Shown piece after piece: positions 51,148-60,685 of a DNA stretch of 64,000 nt. Source of the stretch: Terriglobales bacterium (GTDB taxonomy: Bacteria > Acidobacteriota > Terriglobia > Bryobacterales > Bryobacteraceae); assembly GCA_027485675.1 (NCBI GenBank), contig JAIXQP010000047.1, forward strand, positions 24,659 to 88,658, read 5' to 3'. The notes under the pieces were generated by a model. It was not told the origin of the DNA, ran no database searches, and saw only the letters and a program-made list of their open reading frames with translations. Made by a program: the position numbers and the translations under genes. Every line of letters begins with the position of its first letter. Position 1 is the stretch's first letter.

Positions 51148-52470
51148 CTAAGCGAGGAGTTCCCGAATCACATTCCCTTCGACATCGGTGAGGCGGAAGT
51201 CGCGGCCGCCGTAGCGGTAGGTGAGTTTGGTGTGGTCGAGGCCGAGTTGGTGGAGCATGGTGGCCTGCAGGTCGTGGGGGTGGATCGGCTTTTCGACAGC
51301 CTTGAAACCGAAGTCGTCGGTGGCGCCATAGACGCTGCCGCCCTTGAAGCCGCCGCCGGCGACGATCATCGAGTAGCCGTGGTTGTTATGGTCGCGGCCG
51401 TTCTGGACGTTAATGAGTCCGGAGACCTCCATCGAGGGCGTCCGGCCAAATTCTCCGCCCACCAGGACGATGGTGTCCTTCAGCATGTCTTTGGCTTTCA
51501 GGTCCTCCATCAAGGAGCCGATGGCGGGGTCGGCCTCGTTGGCCAGTTTGCGGTGGATGGTGATGTCGTCGTGGTTGTCCCAGGGTTGGGAGTTGCCGTG
51601 ATAGATCTGCACCATGCGAACGCCCTTTTCAGCGAGGCGGAGGGCGGTGAGGCAGCCGCGACCCACGGGCGTATCGCCGTAGCGGGCGCGAACGGATTCG
51701 GGTTCCTTGGTGATGTCGAACACCTCCGGCGCTTCGCTTTGCATCCGGTAGGCGACCTCCATCGACTCGACGCCGGTTTCAAAGTGGGGATCGTGGAGCT
51801 GGTTGAGCTTGCCGAGCAGGTCCATCTGGCGGCGCTGTTCGGCGGGGCCGCGCTGCGGCGTGATGTACGGGATGAGCTTGCGGACGTCCTTCTCCTTGGT
51901 TTCGATATGGACGCCCTGGTGGACGGCCGGAAGAAACGCGGAGGTCCAGAGCTGGGCGCCAATGACGGGGACGCCGGGGCAGAGGACGACGAAGCTGGGC
52001 AGATTGTTGTTCATCGATCCGAGGCCATAGGAGAGCCATGAACCCATCGACGGGCGCCCGGGGAGGGGCACGCCGCAGTTCATGATCAGCAGTGAGGGTT
52101 CGTGGTTGGGGCGCTCGGTGTGGAGCGAACGGATGACGCAGAAGTCGTCGATGTGCGAAGCGATCCTGGGGAAGATCTCGGAGACTTCGATGCCGGACTG
52201 GCCGCTGCGCTTGAACTGGAAGGGCGAACCGAGGAGCGCCCCGGTTTTGCGCTCGGTCTTGAGATTGACGCCGGAGGGCATCGGCTTGCCGTGGTACTTC
52301 TGCAGGAGCGGCTTGGGGTCGAAGGTGTCGACCTGGGAGGGGCCGCCGTTCAGGAAGATGAAGATGACGCGTTTCGCCTTCGGGGCGAAGTGAGGCTGCG
52401 GGACGGTAGCGGCGAGTCCGCAGCCGCCGAAGCCGATGGAGAGGGTGGAGAGAAGTTCGCGGCGGGTCAT
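51148..52470 (-). CDS. DUF1501-family (sulfatase-fold) protein with Tat leader
   Basis: From ATG 52470: MTRRELLSTLSIGFGGCGLAA...RVIFIFLNGGPSQVDTFDPKP, characteristic of DUF1501. Lies 5 nt downstream of the DUF1553 gene stop. Confidence 0.85.
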   Translation of the reverse strand: MTRRELLSTLSIGFGGCGLAATVPQPHFAPKAKRVIFIFLNGGPSQVDTFDPKPLLQKYHGKPMPSGVNLKTERKTGALLGSPFQFKRSGQSGIEVSEIFPRIASHIDDFCVIRSLHTERPNHEPSLLIMNCGVPLPGRPSMGSWLSYGLGSMNNNLPSFVVLCPGVPVIGAQLWTSAFLPAVHQGVHIETKEKDVRKLIPYITPQRGPAEQRRQMDLLGKLNQLHDPHFETGVESMEVAYRMQSEAPEVFDITKEPESVRARYGDTPVGRGCLTALRLAEKGVRMVQIYHGNSQPWDNHDDITIHRKLANEADPAIGSLMEDLKAKDMLKDTIVLVGGEFGRTPSMEVSGLINVQNGRDHNNHGYSMIVAGGGFKGGSVYGATDDFGFKAVEKPIHPHDLQATMLHQLGLDHTKLTYRYGGRDFRLTDVEGNVIRELLA

Positions 52471-52475
52471 TTTCG

Positions 52476-54938
52476 TTACTCGATGTAAAGGAATTGGTTG
52501 GAGCTGAGGAGGACCTGAACGTACTCGGACCACTGGCCGCCCTGGGCGAGATAATCCTTGGCGAGTTGGAGTTCGGCTTTGGTGGGGACGCGGGCGAAGA
52601 TGCGGCGGTAGGCCTCGGTGGGGTCGGGGCCCGGAATGCCATCGGCGGCCTTGAGCATCAACGGGCTATTGAGCAGGAAGAGGCGTTGCAGCGGAACGTT
52701 GGTTTCGATGCGGCGCTCGGAGGTGTTGTTCGGATTGGGAAAATCGAACAGGTTCAACATCGTGTCGGTGCGGCGGCGGGAGACGTAGCCGTAGACGGTG
52801 CGGCGGCGATTGGCCGGGTCGTCGAGCGGCGTGGCTTTTCCGCCGGTGGTGAGATCGAGTTGGCCGGAGACGAAGAGGACGGAGTCGCGGATGGCCTCGG
52901 CGTCGAGGCGGCGTTTGGGGAAGCGCCAGTAGAGGCGGTTCTCGGCGTCGATCTTTTCGGAGGTGGGAACGGGCGCGGCGGAGAGCCGGTAGACCTCGGA
53001 GAGCATGATCTCGCGGTGGAGGCTCTTGATGCTCCAGTTGTTCTCGACGAAGCGGGCGGCGAGGAAGTCGAGCAGTTCGGGATGCGACGGGCGCTCGCCG
53101 AGGATGCCAAAGTTCGAGGCCGTGCGGACGATGCCTTCGCCAAAATGGCCCTGCCAGATGCGGTTCGCCATGACGCGGGCGGTAAGCGGATTATCCGGCG
53201 AGGCGATGTGTTCAGCGAGTTCGAGGCGGCCGGAACCCTTCGAGAAGAGGATGGGTTGATCGGGCTTCGAGAGAATCGCGAGCCAGCCGCGCGGGGCCTC
53301 TTCGCCGAGCGTAGCGCGGTTGCCGCGCAGGTGAACCTTTTCGTTGCGGGGTTTATCGATGTCGGCGATGGTGTGGAGGAAGGGGAAGCGCTCGGGGCGG
53401 GCCTTCTCGGCGACGGTGATGATTTGCCGAAGAAAATCGAGATGTTCGCGGTAGGGACCTTGGAGCCAGCGGTCGATTTTGCCGTCTCCGTAGAAGAAGA
53501 CTCCCCGGGTGCCGAAGAATTCGCGGTAGAGGTAGAAGTCGTCTTTCGAGAGCGAGAGGAGGTCGGCGGAAGCGAGGTCGCCGCGGGCGTTGGAGCCGCC
53601 GAGGCGAATCAAGTTCTTTTCGTCGATGGCGCGCTTTTCGCGGAGGACGTTGACGAGGACGTTCCGGAACTCGGCGGGCTTTTCGGTTTGTACCTGCGGG
53701 GCTTCGCGATCCTTGCGGGCGAGGTAGGCCTTTAAGCGATCGACGGTTTCGCCGTCGAGGCCGTCGAGTTTGCCTTTGCCGGTGGCGGCCAGGATGTAGA
53801 GATCGGCCTTGGCGGCGAGGAGGTCCATCACCTGTTCGGACTGTTTCTTGACGAAGTCGTCGCGGTCGGCCTTGGCGCGTTGGAGAGCCTTGTCGGCGTT
53901 TTCGTAGGCCTTCACGGTGGCTTCGTCAGCCAGAGGATGTTCCTTGTACCGGGAGCTATTGAAGATGCCGAGGAGGGAGTAGTAGTCCTTGGTGGGGATG
54001 GGGTCGAACTTGTGGTCGTGGCACTGGGCGCAGGCGACGGTGAGGCCGAGGAAGCCGCGCGTGGTGACATCGACGCGGTCGTCCTGGAACTCGGGGTTGA
54101 GGCCGTAGAGGCCGAGGCCAGGCAGCAAGGCCGGGTCGTTCAGATGATCGGCGGCGAGTTGGGCTTTGACGAAGGTGTGGTAGGGAAGGTCTTTGTTGAA
54201 GGCTTCGATGACCCAATCGCGGTAACGGAAGGCGTTGGGTTGGGGCTCGTCCATAGTGGAGTTGAGCTTGTCGTCGGAGTAGCGCGCGACGTCGAGCCAG
54301 TGGCGGCCCCAGCGTTCGCCGTAGCGGGGAGAGGCGAGAAGGCGATCGATGACCGTGGCCCAAGCGTTGAGGGACTTGTCGTTGAGGAAGGCTTGCGTCT
54401 CTTCGTAAGTAGGGGGGAGGCCGGTGAGGTCGAGCGTGGCGCGGCGAAGAAGAACCGCTTTGGAGGCTAGGGCCGCGGGCGTGATGCCTTTGGCTTTCCA
54501 GGCGGCCTGGAGGAGAGAGTCGATATTCCCGGCGGGCTTGCGGACGGGCTGGAAGGCCCAATAGGAGCGTTGTTCGGGACGGATGAGGTAGTCTTTCGAT
54601 TTGGCGGTGGGCGTGGGGGAGGCGGGCCAGACGGCGCCGTCCTTGATCCAGGTTTCGAGGGCGGCGATTTCGGCGTCCTTCAGCTTGCCGCCGGCCGGAG
54701 GCATTTCGCCTGAGCGGACGCGGGTGAGGAGGAGGCTTTCGTTGGGCTTGCCGGGGACCACGACTTTGGCAAGCGAGGCTTGCGAGACCATTTCGAGGCC
54801 GCCGAGCTTGGTTTGCGTGTGGCAGGAGAAGCAACGCTCGGCCAGCACCGGTCGGACTTTCGTTTCGAAGAATTCAGCGTTGCCTTCGGCGGCGTGAAGG
54901 CGCACGCAGGCCAAGGCAAGGACGGCCAGCCGTTTCAT
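52476..54938 (-). CDS. PSCyt (CxxCH) / DUF1549 / DUF1553 multidomain secreted protein
   Basis: 820 aa. Signal peptide. [18 protein letters not shown]; [25 protein letters not shown] (DUF1549-like); [12 protein letters not shown] (DUF1553-like). Confidence 0.85.
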   Translation of the reverse strand: MKRLAVLALACVRLHAAEGNAEFFETKVRPVLAERCFSCHTQTKLGGLEMVSQASLAKVVVPGKPNESLLLTRVRSGEMPPAGGKLKDAEIAALETWIKDGAVWPASPTPTAKSKDYLIRPEQRSYWAFQPVRKPAGNIDSLLQAAWKAKGITPAALASKAVLLRRATLDLTGLPPTYEETQAFLNDKSLNAWATVIDRLLASPRYGERWGRHWLDVARYSDDKLNSTMDEPQPNAFRYRDWVIEAFNKDLPYHTFVKAQLAADHLNDPALLPGLGLYGLNPEFQDDRVDVTTRGFLGLTVACAQCHDHKFDPIPTKDYYSLLGIFNSSRYKEHPLADEATVKAYENADKALQRAKADRDDFVKKQSEQVMDLLAAKADLYILAATGKGKLDGLDGETVDRLKAYLARKDREAPQVQTEKPAEFRNVLVNVLREKRAIDEKNLIRLGGSNARGDLASADLLSLSKDDFYLYREFFGTRGVFFYGDGKIDRWLQGPYREHLDFLRQIITVAEKARPERFPFLHTIADIDKPRNEKVHLRGNRATLGEEAPRGWLAILSKPDQPILFSKGSGRLELAEHIASPDNPLTARVMANRIWQGHFGEGIVRTASNFGILGERPSHPELLDFLAARFVENNWSIKSLHREIMLSEVYRLSAAPVPTSEKIDAENRLYWRFPKRRLDAEAIRDSVLFVSGQLDLTTGGKATPLDDPANRRRTVYGYVSRRRTDTMLNLFDFPNPNNTSERRIETNVPLQRLFLLNSPLMLKAADGIPGPDPTEAYRRIFARVPTKAELQLAKDYLAQGGQWSEYVQVLLSSNQFLYIE

Positions 54939-54976
54939 ACGGGGACTATATCACCGAACGCTATACTTTACTGACC

Positions 54977-55924
54977 ATGGTTGATGAGTTCGAAGCGCAC
55001 CGGACCGCGTTGACCGGGCACTGCTACCGGATGCTGGGATCGATCGCCGATGCTGACGATGCGGTGCAGGAGACGATGCTGCGGGCCTGGCGCGCGCGGG
55101 ACGGATTCGATGGCAAGGCGTCGGTACGGACGTGGCTGTACCGGATTGCGACGAACGTCTGTCTGGACGAAATCGAAAAGCGCGGGCGGCGGGCGAGGCC
55201 GATGGAAGAGGGGCCGGCGGGGACGACATCGGATCCGCTGGTGAAACGGGAACGGACCTATTGGCTGGAGCCGGTGCCGGATGCGTTGGCAGTGCCAGCG
55301 GACGAGAGCCCGGCGCGGCAGTTGGTGCTGCGGGAGAGTATCCGGCTGGCGTTTGTATCGGCGCTGCAGCATTTGCCACCGCGGCAGCGGGCGGTGCTGC
55401 TTTTGGTGGAGGTATTGGACTGGGCCGCCGCCGAAGTGGCTGAGGGGTTGGAGATGACGGTGGCCGCCGTGAATAGCGCGCTACAGCGCGCGCGGGCGAC
55501 GCTGGCGGGGAGGCGCGGCGTGTCGCCGGCGGGACCGCTGTCGGCGGAGCAGCGGCAGATGGTGGATCGGTACGTGGCGGCGTTCGAGCGTTATGACGTG
55601 GAGGGGTTGGTGGCGCTGCTGCGGGAGGATTCGACGTTCTCGATGCCGCCGTACGCGCTATGGCTGCAGGGACCGGCGCCGGTGCGGGATTGGCTGCTGG
55701 GCCATGGCGCGGGGTGCCGGGGGTCGCGGCTACTGCCGGTAGCGGCGTGCGGGTCGCCGGCGTTTGCGCAGTACCGGGCGGCGGAGGGCGGCGGGCACCG
55801 GCCGTGGGCGCTGGTGGTATTGGAGTTGGACGGGGATCGGATCGCGGGGTGGAATTCGTTTCTGGATACCGAGATACTGTTTCCGTTGTTTGGGCTGCCC
55901 GACTTTCTTCCTGAGGACCGATGA
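54977..55924 (+). CDS. ECF sigma-70 factor with C-terminal SnoaL/NTF2-like extension (ECF41/SigJ-like)
   Basis: 315 aa. Region 2 [20 protein letters not shown]. Region 4 [41 protein letters not shown]. About 130-aa extension after region 4. Confidence 0.85.
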   Translation: MVDEFEAHRTALTGHCYRMLGSIADADDAVQETMLRAWRARDGFDGKASVRTWLYRIATNVCLDEIEKRGRRARPMEEGPAGTTSDPLVKRERTYWLEPVPDALAVPADESPARQLVLRESIRLAFVSALQHLPPRQRAVLLLVEVLDWAAAEVAEGLEMTVAAVNSALQRARATLAGRRGVSPAGPLSAEQRQMVDRYVAAFERYDVEGLVALLREDSTFSMPPYALWLQGPAPVRDWLLGHGAGCRGSRLLPVAACGSPAFAQYRAAEGGGHRPWALVVLELDGDRIAGWNSFLDTEILFPLFGLPDFLPEDR

Positions 55925-55954
55925 GTTCGGGCTGGGAGGCCCGTCTAAGTCGTC

Positions 55955-56380
55955 ATGGTTGCTAGATTAAATCCCTACTTGAACTTTAACGGTCATGCCG
56001 CGGAGGCATTGGCTTTCTACAAGGATTCCCTGGATGGTGCAGTGATGGACCTGCGGCACTGGCGCGATATGCCGGGGGCGGATCCGGCGGCGGAGACGAG
56101 CAAACTGGTGATGCACTCGGAGTTGAAGCTCGGCGGTGGCGTCCTGATGATTAGTGACTCCGGTCCCAGTTGCCCGGGTCCAGAGCGGGCCGGCAATGCG
56201 AGTGTTTGCCTGCACTATGAAGACGTGCCGGCGATGGAAGTTGCGTTCGAGAGGATGAGCACGGGCGGGAAAGTGGATTGCCCGCTGGCCGACGCTTTCT
56301 GGGGGGCGCGGTTCGGCGCCTTGACCGACAAGTTCGGCGTGAGCTGGATGTTCCATGGGCCGATGCCCGGGGCCCAATAA
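55955..56380 (+). CDS. VOC-superfamily protein, PhnB-like
   Basis: 141 aa. LNPYLNFNGHAAEALAFYKDSL opening, typical of the PhnB / 3-demethylubiquinone-9 3-methyltransferase-domain family. Confidence 0.75.
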   Translation: MVARLNPYLNFNGHAAEALAFYKDSLDGAVMDLRHWRDMPGADPAAETSKLVMHSELKLGGGVLMISDSGPSCPGPERAGNASVCLHYEDVPAMEVAFERMSTGGKVDCPLADAFWGARFGALTDKFGVSWMFHGPMPGAQ

Positions 56381-56790
56381 TGGCGAACCGGGAGACATCG
56401 ATCTGGATCAATCTGGCCGTGAAGGATCTCGACCGGAGCCGGCGCTTTTTCGAGGGGCTGGGATTCGGCTTCAATCCCAAGTTCTCCGACGCGAAAGCAA
56501 TCTGCCTGGTGCTGAACGAGAACGCGGGCGTCATGCTGTTGCGGGAGGAGTTCTTCGCCGGATTCAGCAAGCGGCAAACCTGCGATACCGCGACGCATAC
56601 GGAGACGATGCTTGCGTTTTCGTGCGGCAGCCGGGAGGAGGTGGACACTCTGGCGGATCTGGCGCTCACGTTGGGCGCCGCGCCGTGCGGTGATCCGCAG
56701 GACCACGGCTTCCTGTACGCGCGTAGCTTCTATGACCTGGACGGGCACCATTGGGAGCCATTCTGGATGGCTGAAGGCGGCCCGGAGTAA
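56380..56790 (+). CDS. VOC-superfamily glyoxalase/bleomycin-resistance-like protein
   Basis: From ATG 56380 (TAATG overlap): MANRETSIWINLAVKDLDRSRRFFEGLGF...FYDLDGHHWE. The track start at 56278 overlaps the previous gene. Confidence 0.75.
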   Translation: MANRETSIWINLAVKDLDRSRRFFEGLGFGFNPKFSDAKAICLVLNENAGVMLLREEFFAGFSKRQTCDTATHTETMLAFSCGSREEVDTLADLALTLGAAPCGDPQDHGFLYARSFYDLDGHHWEPFWMAEGGPE

Positions 56791-57167
56791 TGGCGATGCG
56801 AAAAGAAAAAACTCTCGCTACCGTCGAGGAGTATCTCGACCGGGTGCCGGAGCCTGCCCGCTCCACGCTGGCCCAAGTGCGGGCCGTAATTCGGGCGGTG
56901 TTGCCGGAGGGCGCGACGGAGGGCATCAGCTACGGCATCCCCAGCTATAAGTACAAGGGGATGCTGGTGGGCTTTGGTGCGTTTAAGCGCCATTGCAGCC
57001 TGTTCGTGATGAATCCGGCGGTGTTCGAGTTGCTACCGCCGGAGTTACGGAGTTCCAAGGGCTCGATTCACTTTCCGGTGGACCGGCCGCTGGCGGCTTC
57101 GTTAATCGAGAAGGTAGTAAAGGCGCGGGTGGCGCAGAATGAAGAGGCGGCGGGCGGGGTGCGATAA
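56790..57167 (+). CDS. DUF1801 (YdhG-like) domain protein
   Basis: 125 aa. VEEYLDRVPEPARSTLAQVRAVIRAVLPEGATEGISYGIPSYKYKGMLVGFGAFKRHCSLF. TAATG overlap with the previous gene. Confidence 0.7.
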   Translation: MAMRKEKTLATVEEYLDRVPEPARSTLAQVRAVIRAVLPEGATEGISYGIPSYKYKGMLVGFGAFKRHCSLFVMNPAVFELLPPELRSSKGSIHFPVDRPLAASLIEKVVKARVAQNEEAAGGVR

Positions 57168-57168
57168 G

Positions 57169-58299
57169 ATGCGCAGCATGTTTCGATTTTTCAGCGTTGC
57201 GATTCTTACCGGCATGATGATGGCCACGGCCCAGGAGCCGCCGGCCACTCCTCCGCGTCCGGCGCGTCCGCCCCGGCCCGCGCCGCCGACTCGCGACCCG
57301 AATACGCCGGGCTACGTAAAGGCGAAAGAGCTGCCCGACGGCACGGTGCCGCCGGTGAACAAGAACGGCAACTTCATTCTGGGGCCGACGCATCCGGCGG
57401 CGCCGGAGACCAGCCCGCAGGAAGGTGTTCCGAAGGGCGAGATTTTCGAATTCACGATGTCGTCGGCGGATAGCAAGTTCTACCCGGGTATCGCTCGCGA
57501 GCCGGGTACTTTTGGCCGCCCGGACCCGAACAAGCCGGGGCAGTTGATCGTGCAGAGCAAGCCGGCGCCGTATACGCGGAAGGTAGCGGTCTATGTGCCG
57601 AAGCAGTATGTCGCGGGGACGGCGGCTCCCTTCATTGTGGGGGCGGACGGGCCGGACCGGATGCTGTTCACGACGCTCGACAACCTGATCCATCAGAAGC
57701 GGGTGCCGGTGATGGTGGCGATCTCGATCGGCAACGGGAGCGGCGATGCGCAGGGGAGCCAGCGGGGCCTGGAGTACGACACGATGTCCGGCAAGTACGC
57801 CGAGTTCGTGGAGGCGGAGGTGCTACCGCTCGTCGAGCAGAAGTGCAACGTGAAGCTGACGAAGGATCCGAACGGGCGCGCGACGATGGGCGGCAGCTCG
57901 GGCGGTTCGGCGGCGCTGGCGATGGCCTGGTACCACCCGGAATGGTATCGCCGCGTGCTGACCTATTCCGGCACCTATGTGAATCAGCAGTGGCCGCACA
58001 ACCCGGAAACGCCGCGGGGTGCTTGGGAGTTTCATGCGACGTTGATTCCGAACACGCCGCGGAAGCCGCTGCGGCTGTGGCTGGAGATCAGCGACCGCGA
58101 CAACCTGAGCACTTGGGACGACTACCACGACTGGGTGCTTGCCAATGAGCGGATGGCGAAGGTGCTGGCGGAGAAGAAGTATCCCTACCAGTTTGTCTTC
58201 GTGAAGAACGCCGGGCACACGGACCGGGCGGTGAAGGCGCAGACGCTGCCGGCAGCGCTTGAGTATATCTGGCAGGGTTACAAGCCCGGTAAACGCTGA
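57169..58299 (+). CDS. Secreted esterase-family alpha/beta hydrolase (enterochelin-esterase-like)
   Basis: From ATG 57169: MRSMFRFFSVAILTGMMMATAQ signal peptide, Pro-rich linker, nucleophile region MGGSSGGSAALAMAWYHPEWY. Confidence 0.8.
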   Translation: MRSMFRFFSVAILTGMMMATAQEPPATPPRPARPPRPAPPTRDPNTPGYVKAKELPDGTVPPVNKNGNFILGPTHPAAPETSPQEGVPKGEIFEFTMSSADSKFYPGIAREPGTFGRPDPNKPGQLIVQSKPAPYTRKVAVYVPKQYVAGTAAPFIVGADGPDRMLFTTLDNLIHQKRVPVMVAISIGNGSGDAQGSQRGLEYDTMSGKYAEFVEAEVLPLVEQKCNVKLTKDPNGRATMGGSSGGSAALAMAWYHPEWYRRVLTYSGTYVNQQWPHNPETPRGAWEFHATLIPNTPRKPLRLWLEISDRDNLSTWDDYHDWVLANERMAKVLAEKKYPYQFVFVKNAGHTDRAVKAQTLPAALEYIWQGYKPGKR

Positions 58300-58308
58300 T
58301 CGGCGCCG

Positions 58309-58338
58309 CCTCTTGAGCCTTACTCAAGGCTCAAGAGG
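58309..58338. terminator. Perfect 13-bp stem / 4-nt loop hairpin between convergent genes (candidate bidirectional terminator)
   Basis: CCTCTTGAGCCTT (58309-58321), loop ACTC, AAGGCTCAAGAGG (58326-58338). Starts 10 nt after the esterase stop. The right arm covers the FkbM stop codon (58331-58333). No clear U-tract. Confidence 0.55.
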
Positions 58339-59317
58339 GGAATACGCGAGGGCCCAATCGGTCCTTTATCGGTGCGATCGACGCGCGGGGAATAGCGATC
58401 ACGTTACTGTGGACCGGATCCAATTCTTCGACCTCCTTCAGCCTGTGATTCTCAGCCGTAAAGAAGTGGTAATCAGGCTCGCTTAAGTCGGCAAGGAAGT
58501 CCTTGGTCGCCGAGATGGGTCTGCCGAACCCTTTCGCGGTATTGGCATCGGCTTCAAACAAAATCAAGGGCGCGTCGATGGTATTGAGGATCTTCATCGC
58601 GCCTCGGAATACGTTCAGTTCAGCTCCCTCCACATCACACTTAATAAAGTCGGGCCGACGCAACCCCCGGGCCTCGGCAAGGCTGTCCAGGGTGATCATT
58701 TCGCATACCTCACGAGCAGTGTTGGCGCGCCCTGTCCAGTTCGCCAAACTAGTCAGAGAATGGTCTTCCTCCGCCACAAAGAGTTCCGCCTCTCCAGCCT
58801 GATCAGAGAGCGCGAAGCGAAATAAGGTTGCATTCGTCATGCCGCCGATTGTACGGAGAAGGCCCGGCTCTAGACGCGGATTGGGTTCGAACGCATAGAC
58901 ATGCCCGGCGGGTCCGACGAGGGAGGAAAGAAGAGCGGTGTGCATGCCAACGTTGGCGCCAATATCGTACACACATTGGCCCGGCAGTACGAACTGCTGG
59001 AAGACCCATTGCTCCTCCTCCTCTCGGGGAGACACGCTCCAGGGGGAACCCTTTAGCCAAAAGTGCGACCCCCAATCGCGAAGGTCCATGTAGACAGGAG
59101 GATGGTCGGCTATCTGGATCGGCACTGTCTGCAACGACAGAATCCGCGTGGCGAGCACGCGGGTCGTTCTCTCGCCACCCCGCAAGCCGATTCGTAACCA
59201 AGTTCTCAGAAGTCCCTCAACGAGAGATAGCCTTGCGGGTTGATGTGCCAGGGTCATGACCAGTTCGCAAAAAAACGCTCTCCATATAGTGAAGAAAAAA
59301 GCCGATGATCTCAGCAT
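58331..59317 (-). CDS. FkbM-family SAM-dependent methyltransferase
   Basis: 328 aa. VYDIGANVGMHTALL (SAM motif I), YAFEPNP, FIKCDVEGAE. An alternative start MTLAHQ lies 20 codons in. Visibly lower GC and rare codons. Confidence 0.8.
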   Translation of the reverse strand: MLRSSAFFFTIWRAFFCELVMTLAHQPARLSLVEGLLRTWLRIGLRGGERTTRVLATRILSLQTVPIQIADHPPVYMDLRDWGSHFWLKGSPWSVSPREEEEQWVFQQFVLPGQCVYDIGANVGMHTALLSSLVGPAGHVYAFEPNPRLEPGLLRTIGGMTNATLFRFALSDQAGEAELFVAEEDHSLTSLANWTGRANTAREVCEMITLDSLAEARGLRRPDFIKCDVEGAELNVFRGAMKILNTIDAPLILFEADANTAKGFGRPISATKDFLADLSEPDYHFFTAENHRLKEVEELDPVHSNVIAIPRASIAPIKDRLGPRVFPS

Positions 59318-59352
59318 CGGTGCGTTTTTAATGAGGTAGCCGTGCCCTACCC

Positions 59353-60684
59353 CTATAGGTCGGCGAGGCGGGAGTCCGCATCGCCAAAGCGATCCAGCTT
59401 CACTCCCATGCGATCCATGAGGGAGAGGTAGAGGCTGCAGAGCTTGCGGTTGTCGTTGCCGGCTTTGAGATAGTTCAGCGTACGGCCGGTTTTCAACGTG
59501 CCGCCGAGGCCTCCGGCGAGGACGAGGGGCAGGCGGGAATTATCGTGCTTGCGGCCGGACCAGAGGTTGTTGATAAACATCAGGCACGAGTTATCGAGCA
59601 CGGTGCCGTTGCCTTCGGGCATGGCATCGAGCTTGCCGGCGAGGTAGGCGAGCTGGCTCAAATGGAAACGGGAGATGCGCTCGTAGCCGTCGGATAGGTT
59701 ATCGTGCGAGGCGGCGTGGTGGCCTTCCTTCACCTGCAGGAACGGATAGTAGAGCGCTGACAGGTCGCGAGCTAGCAGCAGGGTGGCGACGCGGGTCTTG
59801 TCCGTTTGGAAGGCGATGGCGATGATGTCGCACATCAGGCGGGCGTGCTCGCGGAGATCTTCGGGCAGACCGTTGGCCGGGCGGTCCATGGTCCAGGCGG
59901 GACGGTTCTTGCCTTTGGCGGCGTCGTCCGCCGTGGCCTTGTTTTCGCGGGTCTTTTCAATGCGGCGTTCGACTTCGCGGAGGCTCGTCATGTACTCGTC
60001 GAGCTTGGCTTTATCGGTGGCGCTGATCCTGGTGGTGAGGGCGGTGGCGCGGTCCTTCACGCGGTCGAGAATGCTGAGGTTGCGGAGGCTGCCGCGGTTC
60101 TCAAACAGGCTGTCCCACGCAAGAGACGGATACACTTCGTTGGGCACCGGCGAATCCGCGCTCTGCCAGGAGATGTGCGAGCTGTAGGCCATCGAGAAGT
60201 TGGTCTCGTGGTAGCCGGTCATGGGTTGCTCGCAGGCGAGGACGAGGCTTTGCTGGGCGGTGTCCTGGCCGATGCGGTTGGCGATCATCTGGTCGATGGT
60301 GGTGCCGGCGTGGATGATGGGTCCGCGATGGATGACGGCGCCGGAGAGCAGGCTGCCGGTTTGCGCGGGATGGATGCCCTGGCCGGTGGCCATCTTCAGG
60401 TAGAGACCGTCGATGACGTTGATCTTGTGCTTCAGCGGTTCGAGGACGGAGAGCGTGCGGCTGAGCTTCATCTCGGCGCCGTTGCCTTCGGCGCTCCAAT
60501 GATCCTCATTCACACCGTTGCCCATGAACAGGACGCCGAAACGCTTCGGGAACACCGTGGTTTCGGGCTTAGCGTCAAAGGCCTGCAGCGACTCGAGCCA
60601 GGGCAACGCCATGGTGACGCCGGCGCCGCGGAGGACGGCGCGCCGGGCGAGGCGGGACGATTTCGGTTGTTCAGAACTGGGCAT
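59353..60684 (-). CDS. DUF1552-family protein with Tat leader
   Basis: From ATG 60684: MPSSEQPKSSRLARRAVLRGAGVTMALPWLE. HxxSH-type motif KEGHHAASHDN. Lies 1 nt after the upstream gene stop. Confidence 0.85.
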   Translation of the reverse strand: MPSSEQPKSSRLARRAVLRGAGVTMALPWLESLQAFDAKPETTVFPKRFGVLFMGNGVNEDHWSAEGNGAEMKLSRTLSVLEPLKHKINVIDGLYLKMATGQGIHPAQTGSLLSGAVIHRGPIIHAGTTIDQMIANRIGQDTAQQSLVLACEQPMTGYHETNFSMAYSSHISWQSADSPVPNEVYPSLAWDSLFENRGSLRNLSILDRVKDRATALTTRISATDKAKLDEYMTSLREVERRIEKTRENKATADDAAKGKNRPAWTMDRPANGLPEDLREHARLMCDIIAIAFQTDKTRVATLLLARDLSALYYPFLQVKEGHHAASHDNLSDGYERISRFHLSQLAYLAGKLDAMPEGNGTVLDNSCLMFINNLWSGRKHDNSRLPLVLAGGLGGTLKTGRTLNYLKAGNDNRKLCSLYLSLMDRMGVKLDRFGDADSRLADL

Positions 60685-60685
60685 C

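Noticed and set aside
54939-54976. Possible ECF autoregulatory promoter (GAAC ... CGT) in the 38-nt gap before the sigma-factor gene.
   Set aside because: A GAAC is present, but there is no CGT-type -10 at the right distance. Any transcript from that position would start at or after the ATG.
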